Source of the DNA: Actinomycetota bacterium
Lineage (GTDB): Bacteria > Actinomycetota > Thermoleophilia > BMS3ABIN01
Reading direction: 5' to 3'
Assembly (NCBI GenBank): GCA_016235065.1
Contig: JACRMB010000005.1
Location: 246,733-270,732 of the forward strand
Length of the DNA: 24,000 nt
Positions 15,388 to 23,617 of this stretch are shown one piece after another. Position numbers and translations under genes: made by a program. Below the pieces are notes generated by a model, which was not told where the DNA came from, ran no database searches, and was given only the letters and a program-made list of their open reading frames with translations. Position 1 is the stretch's first letter; each line of letters begins with the position of its first letter.

Positions 15388-17223
15388 CTACGCTTCAAGC
15401 GGTTCGATGTAGAGCAGCCTCTGCCCGTACTCGACCGGCTTGGCGTTATCCACCAGGATGCGCCTGACTGTCCCATCTACCTCGCAGGTGACCTCATTCA
15501 TCAGCTTCATGGCTTCAAGGATGCAGAGCGTCTGCCCCTCCTTGACCTCGTCGCCTTCTTCGACGAATGGGTCGCTGGTGGGTGAAGCGGCGCGGTAGAA
15601 AGTTCCGACCATGGGGGATTTGACCACATGATAGTTGCCGGCTTCTTCCTCTTCGGCGGCAGCGGCTGCGGCCTTTGAAGCACCTGCGCCTGCCGGAGCC
15701 GGCGTGCCCGCTTCAGGCTCGCTGCTTTTCCTGACGGTGATGCGCGTGTCACCTTCTTCGATGGTTATCTCAGCAATCGAGGATTCTTCCACAGTAGCAA
15801 TCAATTCCTTGATTTTATCTAGATCCATTTCGACCCCACTTTTTTCCTCCGTTTCCTGTATCAGGAACACATCCTCCTCGACCCGGTGCTGACGTTTCTC
15901 CAGGAAGCTGCGTCCCGTGGCAGGGAACATGGCATATGTAAGGACATCTTCTTCGTTATGGGCCAGGTCGCCGATCTCCTCGGCATACTGCGCCAGGGTC
16001 TCATCAAGCAGGTCAGCCGGGCGGCCTGTCATCGGCTTCTCATCACCCAGCACCTTCTGCATGACTTCGGGGCTGATCGGTCCCGGCGCCTTGCCGTACC
16101 GGCCCCTCAGGTAAGATTTCATCTCGTCGGGAACGACCTGCCATCGCTTCCCTGAAAGGACGTTCAGCACAGCCTGGGTGCCGACGATCTGGCTCATGGG
16201 AGTCACCAGAGGCGGATAACCGACTTCTGCCCGCACGATCGGGATCTCCAGCAGCACTTCCGGCAGACGGTCGAGCGCATTCTGTTCCGTCAGCTGGCTC
16301 TCCAGATTGGAGATCATGCCTCCGGGGACCTGGTGTGAATACACCTGCATATGCGTTAGCGAAGTGACGCCGCGCTCGTGGCCGCCGCGAATGCGGACCC
16401 CTTCCCAGTATTTCGCGATCCTGAACAGCTGGTCGAGGTCGAGACCTGTGTCGTATGGCGTTCCGGTCAGAGCGCTTACTACCATCTCAGTGGCAGGATT
16501 TGAGGCGCCGAACGCTAGCGGGACCGAGGCAGTATCGACTACGTCCACACCCGACTCGATGGCCTTCAGATACGTCATGGGAGCCAGTCCGCCGATGTAG
16601 TGACAATGCAGCTCCAGCGGCAGGTCGATCTCTTCCTTGAGTCTCTGGACCAGCTGCAGCCCGTGATACGGCGAAAGCAGGGCGGCCATGTCCTTGATGC
16701 AGAGCGAGTCGGCGCCCATGTCGGCGTAGACGTGGGCGACCTCCATGTAATGGTCGATAGTATGCACCGGGCTGATCGTGTAAGAGATGGCGCCCTGAAA
16801 ATGTTTACCTGATTCCTTGATCGCCTCTGCGGCGACGGCCACGTTTCGGGTGTCGTTCAACGCGTCGAAGACCCGGAAGATGTCGACGCCGCTCTCAGCC
16901 GCGCGGGCCACAAAATGACGTACTATGTCATCACCATAGTGGCGGTATCCGACAAGGTTCTGGCCGCGCAGCAGCATCTGCAGCGGCGTCTTGGGGCAAT
17001 GGTGCTTGATGGTTCGCAGACGTTCCCAGGGATCTTCATCCAGAAAACGGATGCAGCTGTCAAAAGTAGCGCCGCCCCACACTTCGAGGGAAAAATAACC
17101 GATATCGTCCATGGCCTCGAGGATCGGCAGCATCTCGCTGGTGCGCATGCGCGTGGCCCAGAGCGACTGGTGGCCGTCCCTCAGGGTCGTATCGGTTATC
17201 AGGATTTTTCTCGCCTTGGCCAT
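15388..17223 (-). CDS. Fusion of a 5S/OadA/PycB-type carboxyltransferase (aa 1-~465) with a full-length AccB-like biotin carboxyl carrier protein (aa 466-611)
   Basis: N-terminus ILITDTTLRDGHQSLWATRMRT...EVWGGATFD (HMGL-like/PYC_OADA). The C-terminal 146 aa MDLDKIKELIATVEESSIAEITIEEGDTRITVRKS...SPMVGTFYRAASP...GQTLCILEAMKLMNEV...VEYGQRLLYIE parallel E. coli AccB over its whole length, as recalled from memory. Confidence 0.88.
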   Translation of the reverse strand: MAKARKILITDTTLRDGHQSLWATRMRTSEMLPILEAMDDIGYFSLEVWGGATFDSCIRFLDEDPWERLRTIKHHCPKTPLQMLLRGQNLVGYRHYGDDIVRHFVARAAESGVDIFRVFDALNDTRNVAVAAEAIKESGKHFQGAISYTISPVHTIDHYMEVAHVYADMGADSLCIKDMAALLSPYHGLQLVQRLKEEIDLPLELHCHYIGGLAPMTYLKAIESGVDVVDTASVPLAFGASNPATEMVVSALTGTPYDTGLDLDQLFRIAKYWEGVRIRGGHERGVTSLTHMQVYSHQVPGGMISNLESQLTEQNALDRLPEVLLEIPIVRAEVGYPPLVTPMSQIVGTQAVLNVLSGKRWQVVPDEMKSYLRGRYGKAPGPISPEVMQKVLGDEKPMTGRPADLLDETLAQYAEEIGDLAHNEEDVLTYAMFPATGRSFLEKRQHRVEEDVFLIQETEEKSGVEMDLDKIKELIATVEESSIAEITIEEGDTRITVRKSSEPEAGTPAPAGAGASKAAAAAAEEEEAGNYHVVKSPMVGTFYRAASPTSDPFVEEGDEVKEGQTLCILEAMKLMNEVTCEVDGTVRRILVDNAKPVEYGQRLLYIEPLEA

Positions 17224-17235
17224 GGGCGGGAGCGC

Positions 17236-17796
17236 TCAGACCCTTTCCACGTAGCTGCCGGTGCGGGTATCGATCTTTAGCCGGTCGCCGGTCTTGACAA
17301 AGAGCGGCACATTGACGACGGCTCCGGTCTCGAGGGTCGCTGGCTTGTTGCCGCCGCCGCTGACTGTGTCACCCTTGACGCCCGGCTGGGTGTCAGAGAC
17401 CTCGAGCTCGACGAACATGGGCGGTTCGATCTGGGCCGCCTTGCCGTCGATCATCTGGACCTCGACCTCCATATTGTCCTGGATATACTGCAGGCTATCG
17501 CCCGCCAGCGCCGGCGCCAGGGACAGCTGCTCGTAGCTCTCGTTGTCCATGAGCACTACCTCGTCGGGAGTCGCGTAAAGGAACTGCATCTTCTTACTCT
17601 CCACCCGGACGCGGCGAAACTTGTCCACCGGCCGGAAGGTGCGGTCGATCACAGCGCCGGTCTCGATGTTCTTTAGCTTGGTACGGACAAAGGCGCCGCC
17701 CTTGCCGGGCTTCACATGCTGGAACTCGACGATGGTGAAGATGGTTCCCTCCACCTCGATGGCCATTCCGTTTTTAAAGTCACTAGTTGAAACCAA
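17236..17796 (-). CDS. efp: Translation elongation factor P
   Basis: MVSTSDFKNGMAIEVEGTIFTIVEFQHVKPGKGGAFVRTKLKN..., 186 aa. TTG start at 17794-17796, preceded by GGAGGA. Confidence 0.96.
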   Translation of the reverse strand: MVSTSDFKNGMAIEVEGTIFTIVEFQHVKPGKGGAFVRTKLKNIETGAVIDRTFRPVDKFRRVRVESKKMQFLYATPDEVVLMDNESYEQLSLAPALAGDSLQYIQDNMEVEVQMIDGKAAQIEPPMFVELEVSDTQPGVKGDTVSGGGNKPATLETGAVVNVPLFVKTGDRLKIDTRTGSYVERV

Positions 17797-17852
17797 GAGT
17801 CCTCCGAAGGGTCAATCGAACATCACAAACAGGGGCAAGTAGGGATTTTACA

Positions 17853-17892
17853 CTATAAACAGGCACCGGGGGAAGCGAAGCCCCGCAGTGCC
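17853..17892 (-). terminator. Putative intrinsic terminator after the aminopeptidase gene
   Basis: Minus-strand RNA GGCAC-UG-CGGGG-CUUCGCUUC-CCCCG-GUGCC (17892-17862) gives 10 bp in two helices. It is followed by UGUUUAUAGU. It lies 65 nt downstream of the stop at 17957. Confidence 0.45.
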
Positions 17893-17956
17893 AGGGGATG
17901 GCCATCATGCAGGCTGCACCTCGGCTGGAGGCGTAAGATAGCGGTAATGGAGACGC

Positions 17957-19006
17957 CTAGTGTAGCGTGATCAGCTCTCTGGGGAACTCCGTCAGCGGCC
18001 GGACACCGCGGGATCCTACCAGGACGGTGTCTTCTATCCGGACCCCGCCTAGCCGCTCCAGATAGATGCCGGGTTCGACGGTCACGGTCATACCTGCTGC
18101 CAGGCGCTCGCGGGAAAGGCCCGAAAGCACCGGCCTCTCATGGGGTTCCAGGCCTACTCCATGCCCCAGCGAATGGCCGAAAGCGTCGCCATATCCGGCA
18201 GCGGCGATATGCTCGCGGGCCAGCCGGTCAGCCTCGGAGCAGGCTGTTCCGGCTTTCATCCCATCCATTGCCAGCTGCTGCGCGGTGAGCACAGTCTCAT
18301 AGATTCCGGCCAGCTTTTCGGGCAGCGGACCGGTCGCGAAGGTGCGCGTGGCGTCGGAGCAGTAACCGTCGACGCTGGCGCCCATATCGATAACCACGAG
18401 TTCTCCGGGGCGGATCACCCGTCCCGTGGCGACGCCGTGAGGCATGGCCGAGCGCGGGCCGGAGGCGACGATGATATCGAAGGGCATCGGACCGGACCCG
18501 GCCTGGCGCATGAAAGACTCAAGCATCCAGGCGACTTCCCTCTCGGTCCTGCCCAGCACTTTCGAGCGAACCAGCCTGGCGTAGGCGGCGTCGGCGATCT
18601 TCGCCGCCCGCCTGAGTTTCCCCAGCTCGGCGCGGCTCTTCACCAGTCTCATCTTCTCGACCTCACCTGCGGCATCACAAAGAGGCCGCCCCTTCAGCAG
18701 CTTTTTAACGAGCTGGTGATCGCGCAGACCGATGTGGGCGCCGTCGAAGCCGACCATGCCGGTCTTCAGTTTCCTGGAGACGATGAAACGGCAGCAGCCG
18801 TCGAGGGCGCCGCCGCGGACGATCCGGACATCGAAGCCCCGCACTTCTTTCGCAGCCTGGGCTTCATAACGGAAATCAGTGAAGAGATATTTGCGCCTTG
18901 GGGTGAGCAGGGCACATCCCGAGGAACCGCTGAATCCGGTCAGATACCGGACGTTGGGGAGATGGGTGACCAGCAGCGACTCGTGGTTGCAGGGCTTTCC
19001 AGCCAC
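17957..19006 (-). CDS. M24-family Xaa-Pro aminopeptidase (YqhT/PepP-like)
   Basis: VRYLTGFSGS and DFRYEAQA (N-domain). Metal ligand contexts VIDMGASVDGYCSDATRT, HSLGHGVG, VEPGIY and GGVRIEDTVLV. GTG start at 19004-19006, 1 nt after the aroQ stop. Confidence 0.9.
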   Translation of the reverse strand: MAGKPCNHESLLVTHLPNVRYLTGFSGSSGCALLTPRRKYLFTDFRYEAQAAKEVRGFDVRIVRGGALDGCCRFIVSRKLKTGMVGFDGAHIGLRDHQLVKKLLKGRPLCDAAGEVEKMRLVKSRAELGKLRRAAKIADAAYARLVRSKVLGRTEREVAWMLESFMRQAGSGPMPFDIIVASGPRSAMPHGVATGRVIRPGELVVIDMGASVDGYCSDATRTFATGPLPEKLAGIYETVLTAQQLAMDGMKAGTACSEADRLAREHIAAAGYGDAFGHSLGHGVGLEPHERPVLSGLSRERLAAGMTVTVEPGIYLERLGGVRIEDTVLVGSRGVRPLTEFPRELITLH

Positions 19007-19007
19007 A

Positions 19008-19472
19008 CTAACCAGCCGGGTTCAGCCGCTGCGCCAGTACTTGCAGCGCCTCCATGTAGCCGTCGACGCCCTTCCCGGAGATGGTCTGGTCGCAGACGTC
19101 GCTGACGACGGAATGGTGCCGCCACTCTTCAGCCCTGGAGGCGATGTCGGAAAGATGGACTTCGATGACCGGACCCTTGACCATCTCCAGCGCATCGCGG
19201 ATCGCGTAACTGTAATGGGTCCAGGCGCCAGGGTTGATGATCATGCCGAGCGCCCTCAGCCGCAGTTCCTGGATCTTCTCAACCAGCGCGCCCTCGTGGT
19301 TGGTCTGGTACGAGATGCAGACAAGCCCCAGCTTGCGGGCTTCAGTCACGACCTGGCCTTCCAGCTGGTTCAGGGTCAGAGTGCCATAATGCTCCGGATC
19401 GCGCTGTCCGAGCATATTGAGATTAACGCCATGCAACAGGGCTATATTAAGGATCTCCCGTTCATGATACAT
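19008..19472 (-). CDS. aroQ: Type II 3-dehydroquinate dehydratase
   Basis: LLHGVNLNMLGQRDPEHYG, QTNHEGALVEKI, IINPGAWTHYSYAIRDA and IEVHLSDI. I prefer ATG 19472, preceded by GAGAGGAA, over the ORF maximum at 19538, which overlaps aroB. Confidence 0.9.
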   Translation of the reverse strand: MYHEREILNIALLHGVNLNMLGQRDPEHYGTLTLNQLEGQVVTEARKLGLVCISYQTNHEGALVEKIQELRLRALGMIINPGAWTHYSYAIRDALEMVKGPVIEVHLSDIASRAEEWRHHSVVSDVCDQTISGKGVDGYMEALQVLAQRLNPAG

Positions 19473-19482
19473 ATGTTTCCTC

Positions 19483-20574
19483 TCAGTCTCCTGAAACCAG
19501 GCGATCGACCTCGCGCCTGAGCATGGCGGCGTCGACATCGCAGTTGATGACCGGCTCGCCGGCAGCCTTGAGCAGGACCATGTTCGCCGAAAGGTCGTCG
19601 GCCTTCTTGTCGCTGGACATGGTGGCGATGACTTCCGCGGGGTCGATGCCCTCGAGCCTCGTCGGCAGGCCGAGCAACTCCAGTAGCGACTTCAGCCGGG
19701 CGGAATAATCTCCGGAAAGGGAATAGACCTCTTCTGATATGCGTACGGCCGCCAGCAGCCCGAGCGCCACCGCCTGGCCATGGGAATAAGCCGTGTATCT
19801 GCCGGCTGTCTCGATGCCGTGGCCCACGCTATGCCCGAAGTTGAGGACGGCGCGGCGGCCATAGTCGCGCTCGTCGTCGGAGACGACTCCGAGCTTGTAC
19901 TCGATACAGCGCCGGACCATCGGCTCGACAAACGCCATGTTCAGCACCAGAAACTCCTCATAACTTGATTCCAGGGCGTCGAACAGATCCGCGCCGGAGA
20001 GCAGGGCGTATTTCACGACCTCGGCCAGGCCTTCCACCAGTTGCCCCCGTGGAAGTGTCTTCAGCAGTTCCGGATCGGTGATGACCATGTCAGGCTGGTA
20101 GAACGAACCGACATAATTCTTGGCCTCGGCGATGTTGATGCCGACCTTGCCGCCGATACTCGAATCCACCTGGGAGAGCAGGGTTGTGGGAATCTGCACC
20201 AGGCCGATCCCGCGCATGTAAGTGCTGGCGATGAATCCGGCCAGGTCCCCAACGACGCCGCCGCCGAGGGCACAGACGGCATCGCGCCGACGCGTCTGCA
20301 TGCGGAACAGCTCCGAGTACAGCCGGGTGGCCTCCGCCAGGCTCTTGGCTTCTTCGCCGGCGTCGACGACTATCGCCTTGACCGCGAAGCCAGCCCTGGT
20401 GAAGGCGGTCTCCACCTGACCCAGGAACAGGTTGGCCACATTACTGTCAGTGATCAGGACGATCTTGCCTTCCCGGCCGCGGGAACGCCAGAGGTTTCCT
20501 GCTTCCTTCATGGCGCCGGCACTAAGGAATACTGGATACTCCTTGCTGCGGGTGTTTGCCAGCAGCTGTATCAA
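19483..20574 (-). CDS. aroB: 3-dehydroquinate synthase
   Basis: GGGVVGDLAGFIASTYMRGIGLVQIPTTLLSQVDSSIGGKVGIN and LNFGHSVGHGIE. 363 aa. Confidence 0.93.
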   Translation of the reverse strand: MIQLLANTRSKEYPVFLSAGAMKEAGNLWRSRGREGKIVLITDSNVANLFLGQVETAFTRAGFAVKAIVVDAGEEAKSLAEATRLYSELFRMQTRRRDAVCALGGGVVGDLAGFIASTYMRGIGLVQIPTTLLSQVDSSIGGKVGINIAEAKNYVGSFYQPDMVITDPELLKTLPRGQLVEGLAEVVKYALLSGADLFDALESSYEEFLVLNMAFVEPMVRRCIEYKLGVVSDDERDYGRRAVLNFGHSVGHGIETAGRYTAYSHGQAVALGLLAAVRISEEVYSLSGDYSARLKSLLELLGLPTRLEGIDPAEVIATMSSDKKADDLSANMVLLKAAGEPVINCDVDAAMLRREVDRLVSGD

Positions 20575-21098
20575 ATCTTTCCCGTCCTTTCATGTACCAG
20601 TTCGACGATCCTGTCTACGACCTGGTCTAAATCCATACCGCGGGTGTCGACGATATATTTGGCGACACTGCGATAGATACTTTCCCTTTCCGCATACAGA
20701 TTCCTGAACTGATCGATGTCGCGGGCGAGCGGCCGCTTGCTGCCCCCGGCCCGTTTGTAAGCCATGTCCACATCTTCGTCTAGAAGGACGACCAGCGGCT
20801 CCTTCATCAGGCGCTCATAAAGGGCTGGTATTGTCACAGCGCCGCCGCCGAGCGAGACGACAGCGCCCGATTCTGACCTGGAGGCCTCGTCCAGCAGGCT
20901 GCCGACAACGGCTTCCTCGGCCTTACGGAACCCGGGCTCGCCATGGATCTCAAAGATCTCGTGGATCGGCATCCCCATGTGCTCCTCGACCAGAGGATCG
21001 GCATCGAAAAAATCCCAGCCAAGCCGCCGGGAGAGCCTACTGCCCACCGCCGTCTTGCCGCTCCCCATGAAGCCTACCAGGATCAGTCGATCGGCCAA
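20571..21098 (-). CDS. aroK: Shikimate kinase
   Basis: LILVGFMGSGKTAVGSRLSRRLGWDFFDADPLVEE, and GGGAV. TTG start at 21096-21098. The stop overlaps the aroB start (ATGA). Confidence 0.9.
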   Translation of the reverse strand: MADRLILVGFMGSGKTAVGSRLSRRLGWDFFDADPLVEEHMGMPIHEIFEIHGEPGFRKAEEAVVGSLLDEASRSESGAVVSLGGGAVTIPALYERLMKEPLVVLLDEDVDMAYKRAGGSKRPLARDIDQFRNLYAERESIYRSVAKYIVDTRGMDLDQVVDRIVELVHERTGKI

Positions 21099-22261
21099 TT
21101 TCCCCTCAACCGCCTGAGATATGCCAGGTATGCTTCCTTTATATCTTCCATGGAATCGCTGCCGAACTTCTCCAGGAATGCACGGGCGAGCTCGATGGCG
21201 ACCATGGCCTCACCGACGACCGCAGCCGCCGGTACGGCGCAGACGTCGCTGCGTTCCTTGAAAGCCAGTTCCTCCTGCCCCGAAGTCACGTCAACAGAGC
21301 GCAACGGCTTCGTCAGGGTCGGGATCGGTTTCATGCAGGCGCGCACGACCAGCGGTTCGCCGTTGGTCATGCCACCCTCGAGGCCGCCGGCGTTGTTCGT
21401 CCGCCGATGATAGCCGGTATATTCCTCAAAATAGATCTCGTCGTGAACCTGGGAGCCGGGCATTCCAGCGAGGCTGAAGCCTCTACCGATCTCGGCGCCC
21501 TTGATCGCAGGGATGCTCATGAGGGCGCCACCTATGCGCCCGCCCAGGCGGCCGGGTCCGGTGGTATATGACCCCAGCCCCGGAACCAGGCCGAACGCCC
21601 TCACTTCAAAGACGCCGCCCAACGACTCGCCGCCCTCACGGGCCCGGTCGATCGCGGCGACCATCTCACCAGCCGCCTTCTCATCGAGACAGCGCACCGG
21701 CGAGCTGTCGACCTCGGCGAAATCGTCCTGCATCGGCTCGTTGGCGAGTTCAGCCGTTGTGCCTCCGATGCTGACCACATGGCTCACTATCTCGATCTCG
21801 AACTCAGCCAGCAGCTTCCTGGCAACAGCACCTACCGCGACTCGCGCGGCAGTCTCACGGGCACTGGCCCTCTCGAGGACGCTGCGAATATCATCCAGAC
21901 CGTATTTCTGGATCCCGGAGAGATCGGCGTGGCCCGGCCGCGGGACTTTCAGTGCTTCTCCCCTGCTGCCGGCCTCAGGCTTTCCAGCCGCCATTGCCTC
22001 ACTCCAGTTCTTCCAGTCTGAGTTCTCGATGCGCATGGCTATAGGTGTTCCAAGCGTCAGCCCGTGCCTGACGCCGCTGGTAATCCGGACGGTATCGGTC
22101 TCGATCTTCATGCGCCCGCCGCGGCCATGGCCGAGCTGGCGCCTGCCGAGATCACGATCGATGTGAGCCGCTTCGAGGGGCAGGCCCGCAGGGACGCCCT
22201 CGGTTATCGCAGTCAGTTCCGGACCGTGGGATTCGCCTGCGGTCATATACCGAAAAGACAA
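21083..22261 (-). CDS. aroC: Chorismate synthase
   Basis: SFRYMTAGESHGPELTAITEGVPAG, RPGHADL and GRSSARETAARVA-like segments. I prefer TTG 22261 (CAGGAGCG 7 nt upstream), giving an MSFRYMTAGESHG N-terminus like homologs. The ORF maximum starts at TTG 22291. Confidence 0.93.
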   Translation of the reverse strand: MSFRYMTAGESHGPELTAITEGVPAGLPLEAAHIDRDLGRRQLGHGRGGRMKIETDTVRITSGVRHGLTLGTPIAMRIENSDWKNWSEAMAAGKPEAGSRGEALKVPRPGHADLSGIQKYGLDDIRSVLERASARETAARVAVGAVARKLLAEFEIEIVSHVVSIGGTTAELANEPMQDDFAEVDSSPVRCLDEKAAGEMVAAIDRAREGGESLGGVFEVRAFGLVPGLGSYTTGPGRLGGRIGGALMSIPAIKGAEIGRGFSLAGMPGSQVHDEIYFEEYTGYHRRTNNAGGLEGGMTNGEPLVVRACMKPIPTLTKPLRSVDVTSGQEELAFKERSDVCAVPAAAVVGEAMVAIELARAFLEKFGSDSMEDIKEAYLAYLRRLRGNWPID

Positions 22262-22365
22262 GAGTTCACGCTCCTGTTCTGGAAGATTCAATGATCTGAA
22301 AACCCGTGTAAGCCCGGCCTGGATATTGCCGGCATGAAGACTTTCCGTTCAGGCTTTCCACGAGG

Positions 22366-22926
22366 TTACTTTACAGGGGGAGGCGTATAAGTTCCACTGG
22401 TCCCGCTGGTGCCACTCGTACCGCTGGTCCCGCTCGTACCGGTTGTGCCGCTGGTTCCGGTCGTGCCGGTGGTACCCGTGGTGTCATCCGTCGTGCCATC
22501 GTAGGTATACGAAGTAGTTCCGGAGGTACCCGTCGATCCGGTAGTCCCGGTGGATGGCGTAGTGGAAGTACCCGTGGTGCCGCTGGTTCCCGTGCCGCCC
22601 GAAGTCTTTGAGACCTGCTGCTTGAACGGGTCTTTGCGGAAGAATGCTGGTTCCCACATGTTGCCGGCACTTTCAAAGCTGTCGCTGGTGCCCGACACCG
22701 AATAGCCATCGTCGGTCTGGGTCAGTGGCTTGTTAGTCTTGGTCGTACCGGTACCAGTTGAGCCTGAAGGTTTGGTCTCCGCCTTCGAAGATGTCGCCGG
22801 CGGGTTCTCTTCGCCGCCGCATGAGACTGCGAGGGATACCGAGAGCATCACCAGCAGTATGGCAGCTACCGCCGCCAGTAAAGGCGAACCCTTGAAATTC
22901 TCAAATTTTCTTACTATTTCTTTCAT
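22366..22926 (-). CDS. Membrane-anchored or lipoprotein-like pilus accessory protein (PilP-like position and motif) with a Thr/Gly/Ser-rich C-terminal half
   Basis: Signal/anchor LLAAVAAILLVMLSVSLAVSCGG (Cys36), an FRKDPF motif, and low-complexity (T/G/S)n from aa ~108 to 180 (nt 22387-22605). It sits directly downstream of pilO. The function call is tentative. Confidence 0.5.
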   Translation of the reverse strand: MKEIVRKFENFKGSPLLAAVAAILLVMLSVSLAVSCGGEENPPATSSKAETKPSGSTGTGTTKTNKPLTQTDDGYSVSGTSDSFESAGNMWEPAFFRKDPFKQQVSKTSGGTGTSGTTGTSTTPSTGTTGSTGTSGTTSYTYDGTTDDTTGTTGTTGTSGTTGTSGTSGTSGTSGTSGTYTPPPVK

Positions 22927-22969
22927 CGTTATACAGTTCCCTGCTGGCGGTTATTCCGAAACAGCCGGC

Positions 22970-23602
22970 CTAGCCGCCGGCTGTAGCAGCCGATTCATCC
23001 TTCGCCTTTGACGCCGTCTTCGACGGTGGCGCCGGGCTCGTCATGTAGGCATTCGCTCCTATCTTCGCGAGCACATCCGGGAAGGAGCCATCGATGTCAG
23101 GCTCAACCAGTTCCAGTGTCACCACGCTGATCAGACGGCCGGTCACATTCACGTCCGTTCCCTCCATCCGGGCGAAATTCTCGACCCTGTAGAGGAAATC
23201 GGCGACTTCGTAATACCCGCCCTGAAATTCGAGCTCAAACGGGACGATAGTGCCGCCTTCGGTCCCGGCTACTGGTGTATCGGGCACGATCTTCATAAAT
23301 TTAATGCCGGCGGAATCCGCTGTCGATTGCATCTCGACGATCATCGATGGCACCTGACTATCCGGAGGCACCAGTTTGTTCAGCTTGAGCAGGTCTCCAG
23401 CCGCCTGTTTGGCTGCCGAGCGCTCCTCCTCGATCCGCTGCACCTTTGCCAGCGACTCGTCATAGCTTTTCTTCTCCGTCTGATATTCGCTGGCCTTCGT
23501 TGAGGCCTCTTCTTTCTTGGGGCTTATTATCAGGAAATACCAGGCAACGAGCAGCACCACTATTCCGAGGCCTATAAGTATGCCGATGTCGCGCTTTTTC
23601 AC
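22970..23602 (-). CDS. pilO: Type IV pilus assembly protein PilO
   Basis: N-terminal TM (ILIGLGIVVLLVAWYFLI), a coiled-coil segment, then a ferredoxin-like core (PSMIVEMQSTADSAGIKFMKI...FELEFQGGYYEVADFLYRVENFARM). GTG start at 23600-23602, with GAGGAG 6 nt upstream. Confidence 0.75.
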   Translation of the reverse strand: MKKRDIGILIGLGIVVLLVAWYFLIISPKKEEASTKASEYQTEKKSYDESLAKVQRIEEERSAAKQAAGDLLKLNKLVPPDSQVPSMIVEMQSTADSAGIKFMKIVPDTPVAGTEGGTIVPFELEFQGGYYEVADFLYRVENFARMEGTDVNVTGRLISVVTLELVEPDIDGSFPDVLAKIGANAYMTSPAPPSKTASKAKDESAATAGG

Positions 23603-23617
23603 CTGTTACTCCTCAGG

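Noticed and set aside
17797-17861. An efp promoter (TAAAAT / TTTATA-like hexamers on the minus strand) in the 160-nt gap.
   Set aside because: I could not pair any -10-like hexamer with a convincing -35 at 16-18-nt spacing. It is left unannotated rather than guessed.
19004-19024. A possibly truncated or frameshifted N-terminus of the M24 aminopeptidase, which lacks the first helix seen in B. subtilis YqhT.
   Set aside because: The upstream frame closes with a stop only 5 codons before the GTG. The rest of the N-domain (VRYLTGF, DFRYEAQA) is intact. This is most simply a slightly shorter N-terminus, not a pseudogene.
19473-19538. The 176-aa version of aroQ, overlapping the 3' end of aroB.
   Set aside because: Type II dehydroquinases are ~145-155 aa. 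ATG 19472 is preceded by GAGAGGAA and yields MYHEREILNIALLHGVNLNMLG, which matches the family N-terminus.
22387-22605. The Thr/Gly/Ser-coding tract as a slippage-prone simple sequence repeat or phase-variation switch. The alternative-frame ORF 22371-22709 was considered here too.
   Set aside because: The nucleotide repeats are imperfect, with mixed codons (ggt/ggc/gga, acc/act/acg, agt/agc/tcc) and no long perfect unit. The alternative frame gives a Pro/Arg/Ala-rich artefact nested within the real gene.
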